A stretch of DNA of 64,000 bases from an uncultured delta proteobacterium (GCA_963796055.1 CAWCKH010000004.1:1216001-1280000); one strand, 5' to 3'. Shown: positions 47,701 to 59,563, counted from the stretch's first letter. Numbers and translations: made by a program. Notes: a model not told the origin generated them from the sequence alone.

Positions 47701-47803
47701 GAACCTCGGCCACGGAGCCACCCTCGAACGTGCGAACGAGATGCCCCACGCCCCACTCGGGCTGCACGACGTACCGGACCTTCATTCCCGGGACGAACGC
47801 CAC
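44792..47803 (-). CDS. rapA: SNF2 helicase, RapA/HepA-like RNA polymerase-associated protein
   Basis: EWGVG N-terminus, LADEVGLGKTIEAG, DEAHH, LLTATP, GGEGRNFQFAHHL, EQRIGRLDRIGQ. Confidence 0.85.
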   Translation of the reverse strand: MAFVPGMKVRYVVQPEWGVGHLVRTFEGGSVAEVLFPGRAQPTLVSTRGNTLVPHPFAPGDRVRTAKGRPATVSGEEPGGRGLRRYVLRYEDGTEDELPESEVLAPPPDTDLLTTLREGRVADARAFLLRRQALTLDEERRNDALGALLASRVMVKPHQVGVVQRVLSSRRPRFVLADEVGLGKTIEAGMIFSALRLSGLAARVLVVAPSHLTVQWLAELFHKFQQLFTLVDGDRLARSRREEPDTSPWERFPRVVTSLELLSRSPDEIREVAAAGWDLVIVDEAHHLRGEKAFAAIEAIAAHTWGLLLLTATPMQLDPDEYRALLTLLDPLTAPDARSFRARMDRQEALSRTVRALLEGDDPEAAAAVSALRARFPDDPALATLRHRQALLGYLAETYSLSEALIRNRRARVGGFSARRLHRHVVEPPEPERVARDAVLGAVMTGSIRGAALAGLLRRLDSSPAAFAQAASGVLPAPPVLPERDAKYQALRALLDDIWEDEPEAKVLLFTEAQATLESLRALLSADGIEALGYHGDLLLVERDRQVARFRDPDGPKLLLSTEVGGEGRNFQFAHHLVNYDLPWSPATMEQRIGRLDRIGQTQPVDIHVFDVRGALASDVLSLLADAVGVFGETVGGLDAVLEEVEPRILELALASPMERAEYRTALAARVAEARSAIRRAYDPLLDERSFDRDAVQALVDRAGARMGLDLEEGGSLEDGLWAIARDLDERLEEAVTELARRVGIGVDTDEQVDAFQCAFHFGHALKVEALPGLQLGEERTVLGTFWRDTAVEQEEIDFFATGHPIVEALFGFLRDGPYGRNGCRAIQHRGPTARGLEVLFHVVPPEPEDTSPGSRVPSRQLSRVLDRSLIPVVVTARPDGAPGLEPKLLDLLAREEGRSLQGDQIRAAFPDLAAFVDPAIAEATRAATGQLRSLRAEARRKLDDERDRVLERLDRALRHQGLAPAAIQAQLDEERAHHRRLAEALDGLQLQLDSVCAFVLTR

Positions 47804-47923
47804 GGGAGGCGTTTGCTCTGCTTTCCGCAGGCACGCAAGCGTGGTGACGCCCGCGGAGGTCGTACGACTCCGGTCGGACTTGCCTGGCGGACGAGCAACG
47901 GTCCGTCGGGAAGCAGCGCCGGA

Positions 47924-49255
47924 TCAGCGCTCGACCGCCGCGGCGGATCCGAGCGCGCTCTGCTGCTGCGGACCGAGCCCGTGCAGGGTCAGCGCGTTGT
48001 CGCGGAGCACGCCCTTGCCGATCTGCAGCGCCTGCGCACGGGTCACCAGGCCGTCGCTGATCATCCGGGAGAGCGCGATGGCCAGGGCGGCCCGGGTGGT
48101 GTCCGCGCCGAGGAAGGTCAGCTCCGGCCAGCGCAGCTGAGGCGCCGAGGGATCCGACGCCGCGTCGGTGGCGAAGCACACCCGCTCCGGGGCCAGCTCG
48201 AACCAGCGGCGGAGCGACTCGCCCAGCTCGGTCGGCGAGCGCACCAGGTCCTGCACGCTCACGTCGGCGTAGACGTTGGGCCGGAGGAGCAGCGGACCGA
48301 TCTCCTTGTCGAAGGGATAGCCCCCGTGAACCAGGAGCCACTTCGTCTTCTGCAAGGTCGGGTCCGCCATCGCCGAGCCGAGGAGGATGGGGTTGCCGTT
48401 GCCCACGATGCCCGTGGCGTCGCGCGACATGCCGGTCTTCACGTGGACCACCAGCCCCACCCGTCCCGCCTCCCGGGCCAGGTAACGGAAGGTGTAGTCC
48501 TGGAAGGCCTTGAGGTCGGCCGGGTTGGCTCCGAACTCGCCGCCGATCACCAGCCGGCCGTAGGCGGACCGGGCGACCTCGGCGTTCACCTCGTCGAAGT
48601 CCAGGCTGCGCCACGCCGAGATTCCCACGTCGATGCCCACTGCACCCTCGGAGACCCAGCGCTCGAGCGCCGCGGTCACCACCTTCTGCAAATATTCGTC
48701 GAGCCCCTTGGGCAGGGTGTACATGCGCGCGGCGATGAAGAACGGTTTCAGCGCTGCGGCCGAGTCCTGGGCGAACGGACGGAGGAAAACGTCGGCGCGC
48801 GCCACGAAGCGGAAACGCTCCAGGCCCTTCCCGGTGAGCGGGTCGCCGGAGACGATTGCCATCTCGACGTTTGCCTGGTCGAGCATGCGGGTGGAGAACT
48901 CCGCGCCCAGGTCGTCGACCAGCAGCTCGCGGGCCTGCTGGAGCTCGGCGAAGCGCTTCTCGGGCTCGGTGAAGCGCTTGTCCGTGGGGTCAGGGACGTT
49001 GACCTTGTAGAGCAGCTTCCAGGCGCGGGCCCACTCCGGGCCGAGGCCGCGGAGACGGAGCGGCAGGTCTTCGGCGCTGCGCTGCTGGATGAGGCCCTTC
49101 CCCGACGGCTCCACCCGGTTGATCAGCAGATGAGAGTGCGCGTCGATGGCCTTCACCTTGGCCAGCTCGGCCAGGAGTGCGCGATCGGGCGACTGGGCGA
49201 GGACGGTGGAGGGCAGGACGACGGCGAGGAGGCACGGAGCGAGCCGACGGACCAT
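47924..49255 (-). CDS. Secreted amidohydrolase-family protein
   Basis: Signal peptide, IDAHSH, LVHGGYP, NVYADVS, FATDA. Confidence 0.8.
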   Translation of the reverse strand: MVRRLAPCLLAVVLPSTVLAQSPDRALLAELAKVKAIDAHSHLLINRVEPSGKGLIQQRSAEDLPLRLRGLGPEWARAWKLLYKVNVPDPTDKRFTEPEKRFAELQQARELLVDDLGAEFSTRMLDQANVEMAIVSGDPLTGKGLERFRFVARADVFLRPFAQDSAAALKPFFIAARMYTLPKGLDEYLQKVVTAALERWVSEGAVGIDVGISAWRSLDFDEVNAEVARSAYGRLVIGGEFGANPADLKAFQDYTFRYLAREAGRVGLVVHVKTGMSRDATGIVGNGNPILLGSAMADPTLQKTKWLLVHGGYPFDKEIGPLLLRPNVYADVSVQDLVRSPTELGESLRRWFELAPERVCFATDAASDPSAPQLRWPELTFLGADTTRAALAIALSRMISDGLVTRAQALQIGKGVLRDNALTLHGLGPQQQSALGSAAAVER

Positions 49256-49356
49256 GGACGGCTCAAGCCTCGCACGGCTCGACGAGCCTCGCCATTCGTC
49301 CCGCCTGGCGCGGAAGTGCGACAACGGAGCACGTTGACCGGGCGCGGCCGACGGCC

Positions 49357-50655
49357 TCAGTCGAGCAGCGGGAGCAGGCTCCGGTAGAACGGCCGGAAAT
49401 CTCCGCGGGCGCCGAGCAACCGGAGATTCTGCTGCAGACCGCCGAAGGCCCGGATGAACATCACCCCTTCGGCGGGCGGTCGGATCTTCAAGAATTGCGC
49501 GGCGTGCCGGGCGAAGAGCTTACGGCTGTCGGACGCCATGGTGTCGTTCCGGTAGTCGTAGTCGTCGGTGCGCAGGGCGCGGCCGGCGACGTGGAGCAGC
49601 TCCTCCAGCAGCGGGCGCGCCTCGTCGTCCGGCAGGTCCACGGTGAATCCCACCCGGCCCACCAGCGCGAGCACGTCCACCGGGCGCTGCTCGAGGACCA
49701 GGCGGAACACGTCGCGGTGGCCCTCGAAGAACGCTCGGCTGAAGCGCTTCACGCTGCCGAAGTCGAGCACCCCGAGCCGCCCGTCGGGCATCACCATGAA
49801 GTTCCCGGGGTGCGGGTCGGCGTGCACGGTGCCGTCGACCAGGAACGCGCCGTGGATCGCACGGATCATCAGCCCGGAAATGCGGAGCCGCTCGGCGTTG
49901 TCCGGGTGCGAGGTGAGGAAGGTCCTGAGCGTCTGTCCGGGGATGAGCTGCATCGTCAGCACCCGGGTGCTGGTGCGCTCGTCGATGATCTCCGGGACGA
50001 CGATGTCCGGCAGGCCTGCGGAGGCCCGGGCGAAGTCGCGCGCCAGCCGTCCCTCACGGGAGTAGTCGAGCTCGTGCACCAGCTCCTCGGCCAGCTCGCG
50101 GAAGTACTGCCTGCCGTCGAGCGCCCGGTGGGTCCGGGCCATGGTCTTCACCACCAGACCCAGGTTGTCGATGTCGCTCCGGAGCGCCTGGTCGATGCCG
50201 GGGTACTGGATCTTCACCACCACCTCGCGGCCATCGCCGAGCCGGGCGTGGTGGACCTGGCCGAGGCTCGCGGCGGCCATGGGCTGGCGAGAGAACTCGG
50301 CGAAGAGCGCGTCGGGGCTGCCGCCCAGCTCGTCCTCGACGACCGCGGCGACCCGGTCGAAGGACATGGGCGGAGCCTCGTTCTGCAGTCGGGCCAGGAT
50401 CACGCGGACCTCGGGCGGAAAGAGGTCCGGATCCATGCTGGCAGCCTGGCCGAGCTTCATCGCCGCGCCCTTCAGGTCGCCCAGGGTCTGCACCAGCTTC
50501 TCGGCCGTGCCCTTCGACAGACTGCTCGGGTCGGCGCCGGCCAGCCGCTTCACCCCGCGGGTGAGCGCGTCGGTGCCGAGCTGCGCGCCGAGGCCAGCCA
50601 GCTTCCGCAGCCGGGCGAGTCGTGAGGACGGCGGCCCGTCCGGTTCGTTGGCCAT
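49357..50655 (-). CDS. ABC1/AarF/UbiB atypical kinase
   Basis: MKLGQ, AAASLGQVH, VKIQYPG, HADPHPGN, LDFG. Confidence 0.92.
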   Translation of the reverse strand: MANEPDGPPSSRLARLRKLAGLGAQLGTDALTRGVKRLAGADPSSLSKGTAEKLVQTLGDLKGAAMKLGQAASMDPDLFPPEVRVILARLQNEAPPMSFDRVAAVVEDELGGSPDALFAEFSRQPMAAASLGQVHHARLGDGREVVVKIQYPGIDQALRSDIDNLGLVVKTMARTHRALDGRQYFRELAEELVHELDYSREGRLARDFARASAGLPDIVVPEIIDERTSTRVLTMQLIPGQTLRTFLTSHPDNAERLRISGLMIRAIHGAFLVDGTVHADPHPGNFMVMPDGRLGVLDFGSVKRFSRAFFEGHRDVFRLVLEQRPVDVLALVGRVGFTVDLPDDEARPLLEELLHVAGRALRTDDYDYRNDTMASDSRKLFARHAAQFLKIRPPAEGVMFIRAFGGLQQNLRLLGARGDFRPFYRSLLPLLD

Positions 50656-50762
50656 GGGCTCGGGCTCACATAACGGCGGCGTATCCCCGGGTCGGTCCGA
50701 TGTCCAATGACGACCGATGCCGGCGTGTCGTCGGGGCAAGAGACCGTGGTACGCCAGCGCGC

Positions 50763-52049
50763 GTGCAGCAGTCGGGAAAGTCGTCGGGGCCAGAGAGCTG
50801 GGGGCGGTTCCCACCCGTGGCGCAGGAGGCGCTGCCGCTGGCGTGGGCGGATGACCCGCTTCCGGCCGGGGTGTCGGTTCTCGCCTACGGGATGGGGCGC
50901 AGCTACGGCGACAGCTGCTTGAACGCAGAAGGGCCGGTGCTCCTCACCCGGGGACTGCGACGGTTCATCGCCTTCGACGCCGAGACCGGGGTGCTCCGGG
51001 CGGAGGCGGGCACCTCCCTGGGGGAGGTGACGGAGCTGGTGCTGCGCCGGGGGTGGCTGCCGCCCGTGCTGCCGGGCACCCAGTTCGTCACCCTGGGCGG
51101 GGCGGTGGCCAACGACATCCACGGGAAGAACCACCACCGCGCAGGCTGCTTCGGCCGGCACGTGCGCGCGCTGGGGCTGCGGCGGAGCGACGGAAGCCTC
51201 GGCACGCTGTATCCGGGCGACCCGCTGTTCGAGGCCACCGTCGCGGGCTTGGGGCTGACCGGGCTCATCACCTGGGTGGAGATCCAGCTGGAGCGCGCCC
51301 CGAGCGGGTGGGTCGAGACGGAGGGCATCCGCTTCCGCTCGCTCGAGGAGGTGGAGGCGCTGGACGACGCGTCGAGGGACACCCATTGCCACACCGTGGC
51401 GTGGATCGACGGCCTGGCCCGCGGGAAGGCGCTGGGCCGCGGCGTCTACTTCCGGGGCAATCCGGCCGAGGGGCCCGCGAGGCTGCCGAGGCGGCCCACC
51501 CCGAGGAACGTCAGCGTCGATGCGCCGGAGTTCCTGCTCTCGCCGTTCCTCTTGCGGACCTTCAACGCGCTCTACGACCACCTGCCCCGCTGGCGCTCGC
51601 GCACCTCGGTGTGGAAGTTCTTCCATCCGCTCGACGCGCTGGGAGCCTGGAACCGGCTGTACGGCCACCGTGGCTTCTTCCAGCACCAGTCGGTGGTGCC
51701 GGACCTCGAGGGCGTCCGGGCGCTGCTGGCCCTCACCTCCACGCGGGGGCAGGGAGCGTTCCTCTCGGTGCTGAAGCGCTTCGGGTCGCTGAGCTCACCG
51801 GGGATGCTCTCCTTCCCGCGACCGGGCTGGACGCTGGCGGTCGACGTGCCGAACCGCGGGGAGGAGACGCTGGCGTATCTCGAGGAGATGGACGCCGTCG
51901 TCCGGACGTACGGCGGGGCGATGTACCCGGCGAAGGACGCCCGGATGTCGGGCGAGACGTTCCGGCTCGGCTACCCGCGGCTGGACGCCTTCGCGACGTT
52001 CATCGACCCGGGGTTCCGGTCGCGCTTCTGGTCTCGGGTGATGGGATGA
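50763..52049 (+). CDS. FAD-binding oxidoreductase, DprE1-like
   Basis: GMGRSYGD, PGTQFVTLGGAVANDIHGKNHH, GLTG, YPAKD. Start uncertain (50700-50817). Confidence 0.85.
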   Translation: MQQSGKSSGPESWGRFPPVAQEALPLAWADDPLPAGVSVLAYGMGRSYGDSCLNAEGPVLLTRGLRRFIAFDAETGVLRAEAGTSLGEVTELVLRRGWLPPVLPGTQFVTLGGAVANDIHGKNHHRAGCFGRHVRALGLRRSDGSLGTLYPGDPLFEATVAGLGLTGLITWVEIQLERAPSGWVETEGIRFRSLEEVEALDDASRDTHCHTVAWIDGLARGKALGRGVYFRGNPAEGPARLPRRPTPRNVSVDAPEFLLSPFLLRTFNALYDHLPRWRSRTSVWKFFHPLDALGAWNRLYGHRGFFQHQSVVPDLEGVRALLALTSTRGQGAFLSVLKRFGSLSSPGMLSFPRPGWTLAVDVPNRGEETLAYLEEMDAVVRTYGGAMYPAKDARMSGETFRLGYPRLDAFATFIDPGFRSRFWSRVMG

Positions 52050-52795
52050 GCCCGCCCCGCCGGGTGCTGATCCTCGGCGCGACGAGCGGCATCGCCCAGG
52101 CAGTCGCCCGGGTGTACGCCGCGGCCGGGGCCCGGCTGGCGCTGGTGGCGCGCTCGCGGGAGCACCTGGCGACGGTGGCCGGCGACCTGGTGGTGCGCGG
52201 GGCGGAGGTGGTGCTGCAGCGGTCCGCGGACCTGTGCGACCTCGAGCGGCACCGGACCTTGGTCGCCGAGGCCGAGCAGGCGCTGGACGGTCTCGATGTG
52301 GTGCTGGTGGCCCACGGAGTGCTTCCGGACCAGCAGGTCTGCCAGGAGGACCCGCGGCGTGCGGTGGCGTCGTGGGACGTGAACTTCGGCAGCGCGGCCA
52401 CGCTGATGGAGGCCGCCGCCGAGCGCATGGTGGCCGCCGGCCACGGGACCATCGGGGTGCTCTCCAGCGTCGCGGGAGACCGGGGGCGGGCGGACAATTA
52501 CGTGTATGGCGCGGCGAAGGCGGCACTGACCGCGTACGCCAGCGGTCTCGGGCACCGACTGCGCGGCACCGGGGTGACCGTGGTCACCCTCAAGCCCGGA
52601 CCGGTGGACACGCCGATGCTCGCCGGCCGGACGCTCTCGCCCCGCCTGGTCGCGGACGTCGACGTGGCTGGTCGGCGCATCCACCGCGCGCTCGAGCGGG
52701 GGGAGCGGGTGGTCTACGTGCCGGGGAAGTGGCGGTGGATCATGGCCGTCATCCGCGCTCTGCCAATCCGGGTCTTCGAGCGCCTGAAGTTCTGA
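52046..52795 (+). CDS. Short-chain dehydrogenase, DprE2-like
   Basis: ILGATSGIA, SSVAGDRGRADNYVYGAAKA, KPGPVDTPM; ATGA-coupled to the upstream gene. Confidence 0.88.
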   Translation: MSPPRRVLILGATSGIAQAVARVYAAAGARLALVARSREHLATVAGDLVVRGAEVVLQRSADLCDLERHRTLVAEAEQALDGLDVVLVAHGVLPDQQVCQEDPRRAVASWDVNFGSAATLMEAAAERMVAAGHGTIGVLSSVAGDRGRADNYVYGAAKAALTAYASGLGHRLRGTGVTVVTLKPGPVDTPMLAGRTLSPRLVADVDVAGRRIHRALERGERVVYVPGKWRWIMAVIRALPIRVFERLKF

Positions 52796-52800
52796 CGGCA

Positions 52801-52817
52801 GAGGTGTCTGACACCTC
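52801..52817. repeat. Perfect inverted repeat (terminator- or REP-like)
   Basis: GAGGTGTC-T-GACACCTC, 5 nt after the SDR stop and followed by GTTT. Confidence 0.5.
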
Positions 52818-52869
52818 GTTTGATCTCTCAACACCATAGATTTCCTACATCTCTTGACTCAAGGCAAGC

Positions 52870-52898
52870 TTGACAGGAATGACTGTCTTGACGATGAT
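52870..52898 (+). promoter_or_regulatory. sigma70 promoter with overlapping palindromic operator
   Basis: TTGACA-17 nt-GATGAT; GACAG-N6-CTGTC palindrome at 52872-52887; locally AT-rich. Confidence 0.6.
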
Positions 52899-52905
52899 GC
52901 TCGTC

Positions 52906-53550
52906 GTGCAAGGTGCGAGACAGGCTTCGGTCCAGGTGCTCGAGGCCGCCGGGACGGCCGCCGCCCTGCTGGACCCGGCCCGGCTGCGCATCCTGACCGC
53001 CCTCCGGGACCCGGACTCGAGCGCCGGCGTGGCACGGACGCTGGGCCTGCCGCGGCAGCGGGTCGGCCACCACGTCCGGGCGCTCGAGGCGGCGGGCCTG
53101 CTCACCTGTGTGGGCGAACGGAAGAAGCGGAACTGCGTCGAGCGTCTGCTGCAGGCCACCGCGCGTTCGTATGTCCTGGCCCCCCAGCTGCTGGGCCGCC
53201 TCGGCGTCACCGCGGACCAGGTCCAGGACCGCTTCTCCAGCACCTACCTTCTCGCGGCGGCGAATCGGGTCGTGCAGGAGGTGAGCGCGCTCCACCCCCG
53301 CGCGGAGGCCGCGGGCAAGAAGCTGCCCACGCTCACGCTCCAGACCGAGGTCCGGTTCGCCTCCGCCCGCTCCCAGAACGAGTTTCTGGAGGAGCTGCTC
53401 GCCGCCTTCTCTGCTCTGGTGGGCAAGCACCACCGGCCGGACGCCGAGGCGGGCCGGACCTTCCGGATCTCCCTCCTCGGGCATCCGGCGCTGGCTCCCG
53501 AGTCGTCTGCAGCAGCCTCCCAATCCCAGGAGGGTCCGAATGAGCAGTGA
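52906..53550 (+). CDS. ArsR-like helix-turn-helix transcriptional regulator
   Basis: LLDPARLRIL..SSAGVARTLGLPRQRVGHHVRALEAAGL. Start uncertain (52870-52906). Confidence 0.85.
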   Translation: MQGARQASVQVLEAAGTAAALLDPARLRILTALRDPDSSAGVARTLGLPRQRVGHHVRALEAAGLLTCVGERKKRNCVERLLQATARSYVLAPQLLGRLGVTADQVQDRFSSTYLLAAANRVVQEVSALHPRAEAAGKKLPTLTLQTEVRFASARSQNEFLEELLAAFSALVGKHHRPDAEAGRTFRISLLGHPALAPESSAAASQSQEGPNEQ

Positions 53551-54370
53551 AGACACCCCCAAGGGTCCACGGGTCCTCGAGTTCACCGTCGACCTTCCCA
53601 CCGACCCCGACACCGTCTGGCGACTCCTGACCGACCCGGTGGCCCTCGCCAGCTGGTTCGCGCCGCAGGTCGAGGGCTCCAGCCAGCCCGGGACGGCGCT
53701 CACCCTCGGCTGGGGCCCGGACATTCGCTGGCGAACCGTGGTCGCCTCCGCCGAGCCAGGGCGTCTCGCGAGGTGGAAGGACGAGCTCGATGCCTACGGC
53801 GAGCTTCCGGCGACCTCGACCCCGGCGATCGTCGAGTGGCAACTCTCCCCAGGGCCCCATGGCACGCGCCTGCGGCTGGTCCATTCCGGCTTCGGCGATG
53901 GGGCCGACTGGGACGACATGTTCGACGCGACCCGTGCCGGCTGGACCTTCTACTTGTGGCACCTGTCGGAGACGATCCGCCATCACCTCGGCCAGCCGCG
54001 GACGGTGGTGTACGAGCGCAGGTCGAGCACCCTGACCCGCGACGCGCTCGGCGCCCGGCTCTTCGGGCCAGGTGGCCTGGCCATCGCTCCCGACGAGCCC
54101 CGTCCTGGGGTCACTGCCGAGCTGACCCTCGCCGGGGCCCGGCGACGGTTGGAGGTCCAGCACCACGCCCGTCTGCCCACGCACCTCTTCGGAAAGCTTC
54201 CCGACCTCGCCGGTGCTCTGCTTCTGGTGGAGATGGAGCCCGGCCGCTCCGGACCGGTGCAGACGGGCCTGTGGCTCAGCACCTGGGGACTCGGCCCCGA
54301 CGCGCTCGAATCACTCCGCAGCGGGTTCCGCGCGATGGCGGACGCGGTGGTCGGTCCCCGAGCCGGCTGA
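53540..54370 (+). CDS. SRPBCC/AHA1 domain protein
   Basis: VWRLLTDP..LASWF, GTRLRLVHSGF, GWTFYL; GGAGG RBS. Confidence 0.85.
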   Translation: MSSEDTPKGPRVLEFTVDLPTDPDTVWRLLTDPVALASWFAPQVEGSSQPGTALTLGWGPDIRWRTVVASAEPGRLARWKDELDAYGELPATSTPAIVEWQLSPGPHGTRLRLVHSGFGDGADWDDMFDATRAGWTFYLWHLSETIRHHLGQPRTVVYERRSSTLTRDALGARLFGPGGLAIAPDEPRPGVTAELTLAGARRRLEVQHHARLPTHLFGKLPDLAGALLLVEMEPGRSGPVQTGLWLSTWGLGPDALESLRSGFRAMADAVVGPRAG

Positions 54371-54673
54371 ATCGACGGGCCCTGCGACGCCGGCAGGCGC
54401 TGCCCAGCTCGAGGCCCTCCCGGAGCGACGGCCCATGGCCCGGGCCGCCTTGGGGCGCTAGAGCCTGCAGGGCCGCTCACCGGGCCGAGCAGTCGCACCA
54501 TCGACCTTTCGGGGGGGCCGCCACCCGACCCTTCAAGTCCGGCCCCGGTGTGTGCTATGCGCCCGCCGGCCACGGGAGGGGCTCCCCGCATTCCCGTGGA
54601 ACGAGGCTGCGCTGAAGCGTCCGCGCGATGCGGGCGGCCAACCCCTCGATCGTCCTCTCGAGGAGATGTGCAC

Positions 54674-57148
<2,475 letters not shown>

Positions 57149-57180
57149 GGTCGCTCGCGCGGGGTGGTAAGCCCGGAGGC

Positions 57181-58125
57181 ATGGAGAGTCACCCTCGGGG
57201 CCTGCGCCCCGGAATCCTCGTGCTGCTGCTCGCCGCGGTCGCCGGGTGCGCCCACGCGCCAGGTTCCCCGGCCGGGGCCACCATCACCCAGGTGAACGTC
57301 GTTCCGGAGTTCCTCGCCGCCTGGGACGCGGTCCGGGTCGCGACCCGACCCGAGCAGGTGGCGCGCACCCGACAGGCGCTCCTGACCGCCCATCCCGAGC
57401 TCTTCGGTCCCGAGGTCTTCGGCGCCACGCCCGCCCTCGACCGCGACCTCGAGCGGCTTCTGGTCGAGATGCCGCGGCTGGAGCCGAAGCTCCGGGCGCT
57501 CGCCGAGCGGATGCCGGGCGAGGTCGAGCGCAGCGCGCGCCGCTTCCTGGATCAGTTCCCCGAGCTGGACTGGTCCGGTCCCGTCGCCTCGAGCCTCTCG
57601 TTCGGCCAGTTCGAGGCGGTGTGGCGGACGGTCTCCGGGCGGCGCACGCTCGTCCTCGGCCTCGACGCCATCGCCTACTACCGCGGCCCGTACGCACCGG
57701 TGGAACCGGTGATCCACCACGCGCTGGCGTCGGCGCTGCTGGCGCCCTGGAAGGGACCTGGACCCGCCCCCGTCTGGTGGGCGCTCTGGGAGGAGGGGTT
57801 CCCGCTGGCCGTCGTTCGCACCATCGACCCGGGCGCCACCGACGCCGATCTGCGGCTGCCCGACGAGGGCCGCGACCCGGCCTACCTCGCGGCGCTGGCC
57901 CGACGCGTCCGGGCAGCGCTGGACTCCACCCGGGAATCGGACCGCCGGGCGGTGACCAGCGTCGCGGGAGGGGGCCCGGCCGGAGCTGGCCGCTGGCTCG
58001 CGCTGCGGGTCGGGCAGCACGTCCTGGCCGGGCGGACACTCCACGACGTCGCCCGGCTCGGAGGCCCACCGCTGCGCACGGCCATCGACGCCGCCCTGGG
58101 TGCCCTGGAGCGCCCTGGGGGCTGA
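57181..58125 (+). CDS. Hypothetical lipoprotein, degenerate zincin-like
   Basis: GGAGG RBS, VAGC lipobox, VIHHALAS...LWEEG. Confidence 0.65.
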   Translation: MESHPRGLRPGILVLLLAAVAGCAHAPGSPAGATITQVNVVPEFLAAWDAVRVATRPEQVARTRQALLTAHPELFGPEVFGATPALDRDLERLLVEMPRLEPKLRALAERMPGEVERSARRFLDQFPELDWSGPVASSLSFGQFEAVWRTVSGRRTLVLGLDAIAYYRGPYAPVEPVIHHALASALLAPWKGPGPAPVWWALWEEGFPLAVVRTIDPGATDADLRLPDEGRDPAYLAALARRVRAALDSTRESDRRAVTSVAGGGPAGAGRWLALRVGQHVLAGRTLHDVARLGGPPLRTAIDAALGALERPGG

Positions 58126-58238
58126 CACGAGGGAGGACGCGCCGGGCTCCTCACGGCTTGGCGCACCGCGGATCGGCGTGTTAACGCCCCTGCCCCGCCT
58201 TCGAGGAGAGCTCGAGAAACGCTGTGGGCAACGCCGGG

Positions 58239-59162
58239 ATGTCACTCTTGCGCTTCACCTTCCTCGGCACGTCGGCTGCCCAGCCGACGATCCACCGGAA
58301 CCTCTCCGGCCTGGCGGTGAAGGCCGACTCGGACCTCTTGCTCATCGACTGTGGCGAGGGGAGCCAGCGGCAGATGATCCGCTACGGCACCGGCTTCTCG
58401 GTGGACGCGGTCTTCTTCACCCACTTCCACGCCGACCACTACCTGGGAATCATCGGCTTCCTGCGAACGCTGGGGATGATGGGGCGGGAGGAGAAGCTGG
58501 TGCTCCATGGCCCGGCGCCGGCGAAGCGGCTGCTGAACCAGGCGGTGCACCTCGGGGTGGACCAGCTGGGGTTCCCGCTGGAGATCACCGAGCTGAAGGA
58601 CGGAGACAGGATCCAGCGGCACGGCTACGCGGTGCGGGCGGTGGGGGTACAGCACCGCATCAACGCGCTCGGCTACGTGCTGGAGGAGGACGTCCGGGCG
58701 GGCCGCTTCAACCTGGAGCGCGCCCGGGCGCTCGGCGTTCGCGAGGGGCCCGACTTCGGGCGGCTGCAGCGGGGCGAATCGGTGGTGGCGCTCGACGGCA
58801 AGACGGTGAAGCCGTCGGACGTGATGGGAGCCGCCCGGCCCGGCCGAAAGCTGGTGGTCTCCGGCGACACGCGGCCGTGCGAGGCGATGGTGGAGGCGGC
58901 GCGCGAGGCAGACGTCCTCATTCACGAGTCGACCTTCTCGGACGACGACCAGGCCCGGGCGCTGGAGACGCGCCACTCGACCGCGCGCGAGGCGGGCCGC
59001 GTCGCGCAGCAGGCCGGGGCACACCGGCTGATCCTCACCCACCTCAGCTCCCGGTACGACACCGACTTCGGGCGACTGCTCGCCCAGGCCCGCGAGGAGT
59101 ACCAGGGCCCGGTGGAGGTCGCGCACGACGGGTTGACCGTCGACATACCCGTCCGGGAGTGA
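58239..59162 (+). CDS. rnz: Ribonuclease Z
   Basis: FLGTSAAQPT, DCGEG, THFHADH, GP-motif exosite, SGDT, HEST, HST, LTHLSSRY. Confidence 0.95.
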   Translation: MSLLRFTFLGTSAAQPTIHRNLSGLAVKADSDLLLIDCGEGSQRQMIRYGTGFSVDAVFFTHFHADHYLGIIGFLRTLGMMGREEKLVLHGPAPAKRLLNQAVHLGVDQLGFPLEITELKDGDRIQRHGYAVRAVGVQHRINALGYVLEEDVRAGRFNLERARALGVREGPDFGRLQRGESVVALDGKTVKPSDVMGAARPGRKLVVSGDTRPCEAMVEAAREADVLIHESTFSDDDQARALETRHSTAREAGRVAQQAGAHRLILTHLSSRYDTDFGRLLAQAREEYQGPVEVAHDGLTVDIPVRE

Positions 59163-59546
59163 GCCAGTCTGGGGAGACCCGGGCGCAGGTGCCCGTCATC
59201 GTCTTCGGAGTCTGGTCGCTCCGGTGCGTGGCGAGCGGCGGCACGCTGCTCGCTGCGGCGCGGCGCGGTCTCCCGGCGCGAACCCCGTTTCTCTAGCTGG
59301 AGGCGACGCCTGAGCGGACGGCGCCACTGGGGTTCGCTGCGCTGGCACCCGACACCCGGGTCGCGATCCGTTGCGGGCGGCTCGGCACGACACCGAGACG
59401 GACGGGCGACCTCCATTTCATGTTTTTGCCCTTCCGGCCGTCGCCGGGCGCGATCCGTCGCGCCGGACGCAACACCGATCCGCCCCCCGGGGGCGTGCCA
59501 GGCAACTGCGGGGCACGCAAGTCCGCGGCCTCCCTCGAATCGCCGC

Positions 59547-59563
59547 TTGGCAGGACGGATGCA
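59547..59563 (+). promoter_or_regulatory. sigma54 -24/-12 promoter candidate
   Basis: TTGGCAGGACGGATGCA, GG-N10-GC, about 58 nt upstream of the ATG at 59621. Confidence 0.5.

Noticed and set aside
45980..49387. 1135-aa plus-strand ORF
   Set aside because: Shadow of rapA and the amidohydrolase gene.
59159..59296. 45-codon GTG ORF coupled to rnz with faint GIY-YIG-like GVWSLRC
   Set aside because: Too short and the similarity too weak to support.
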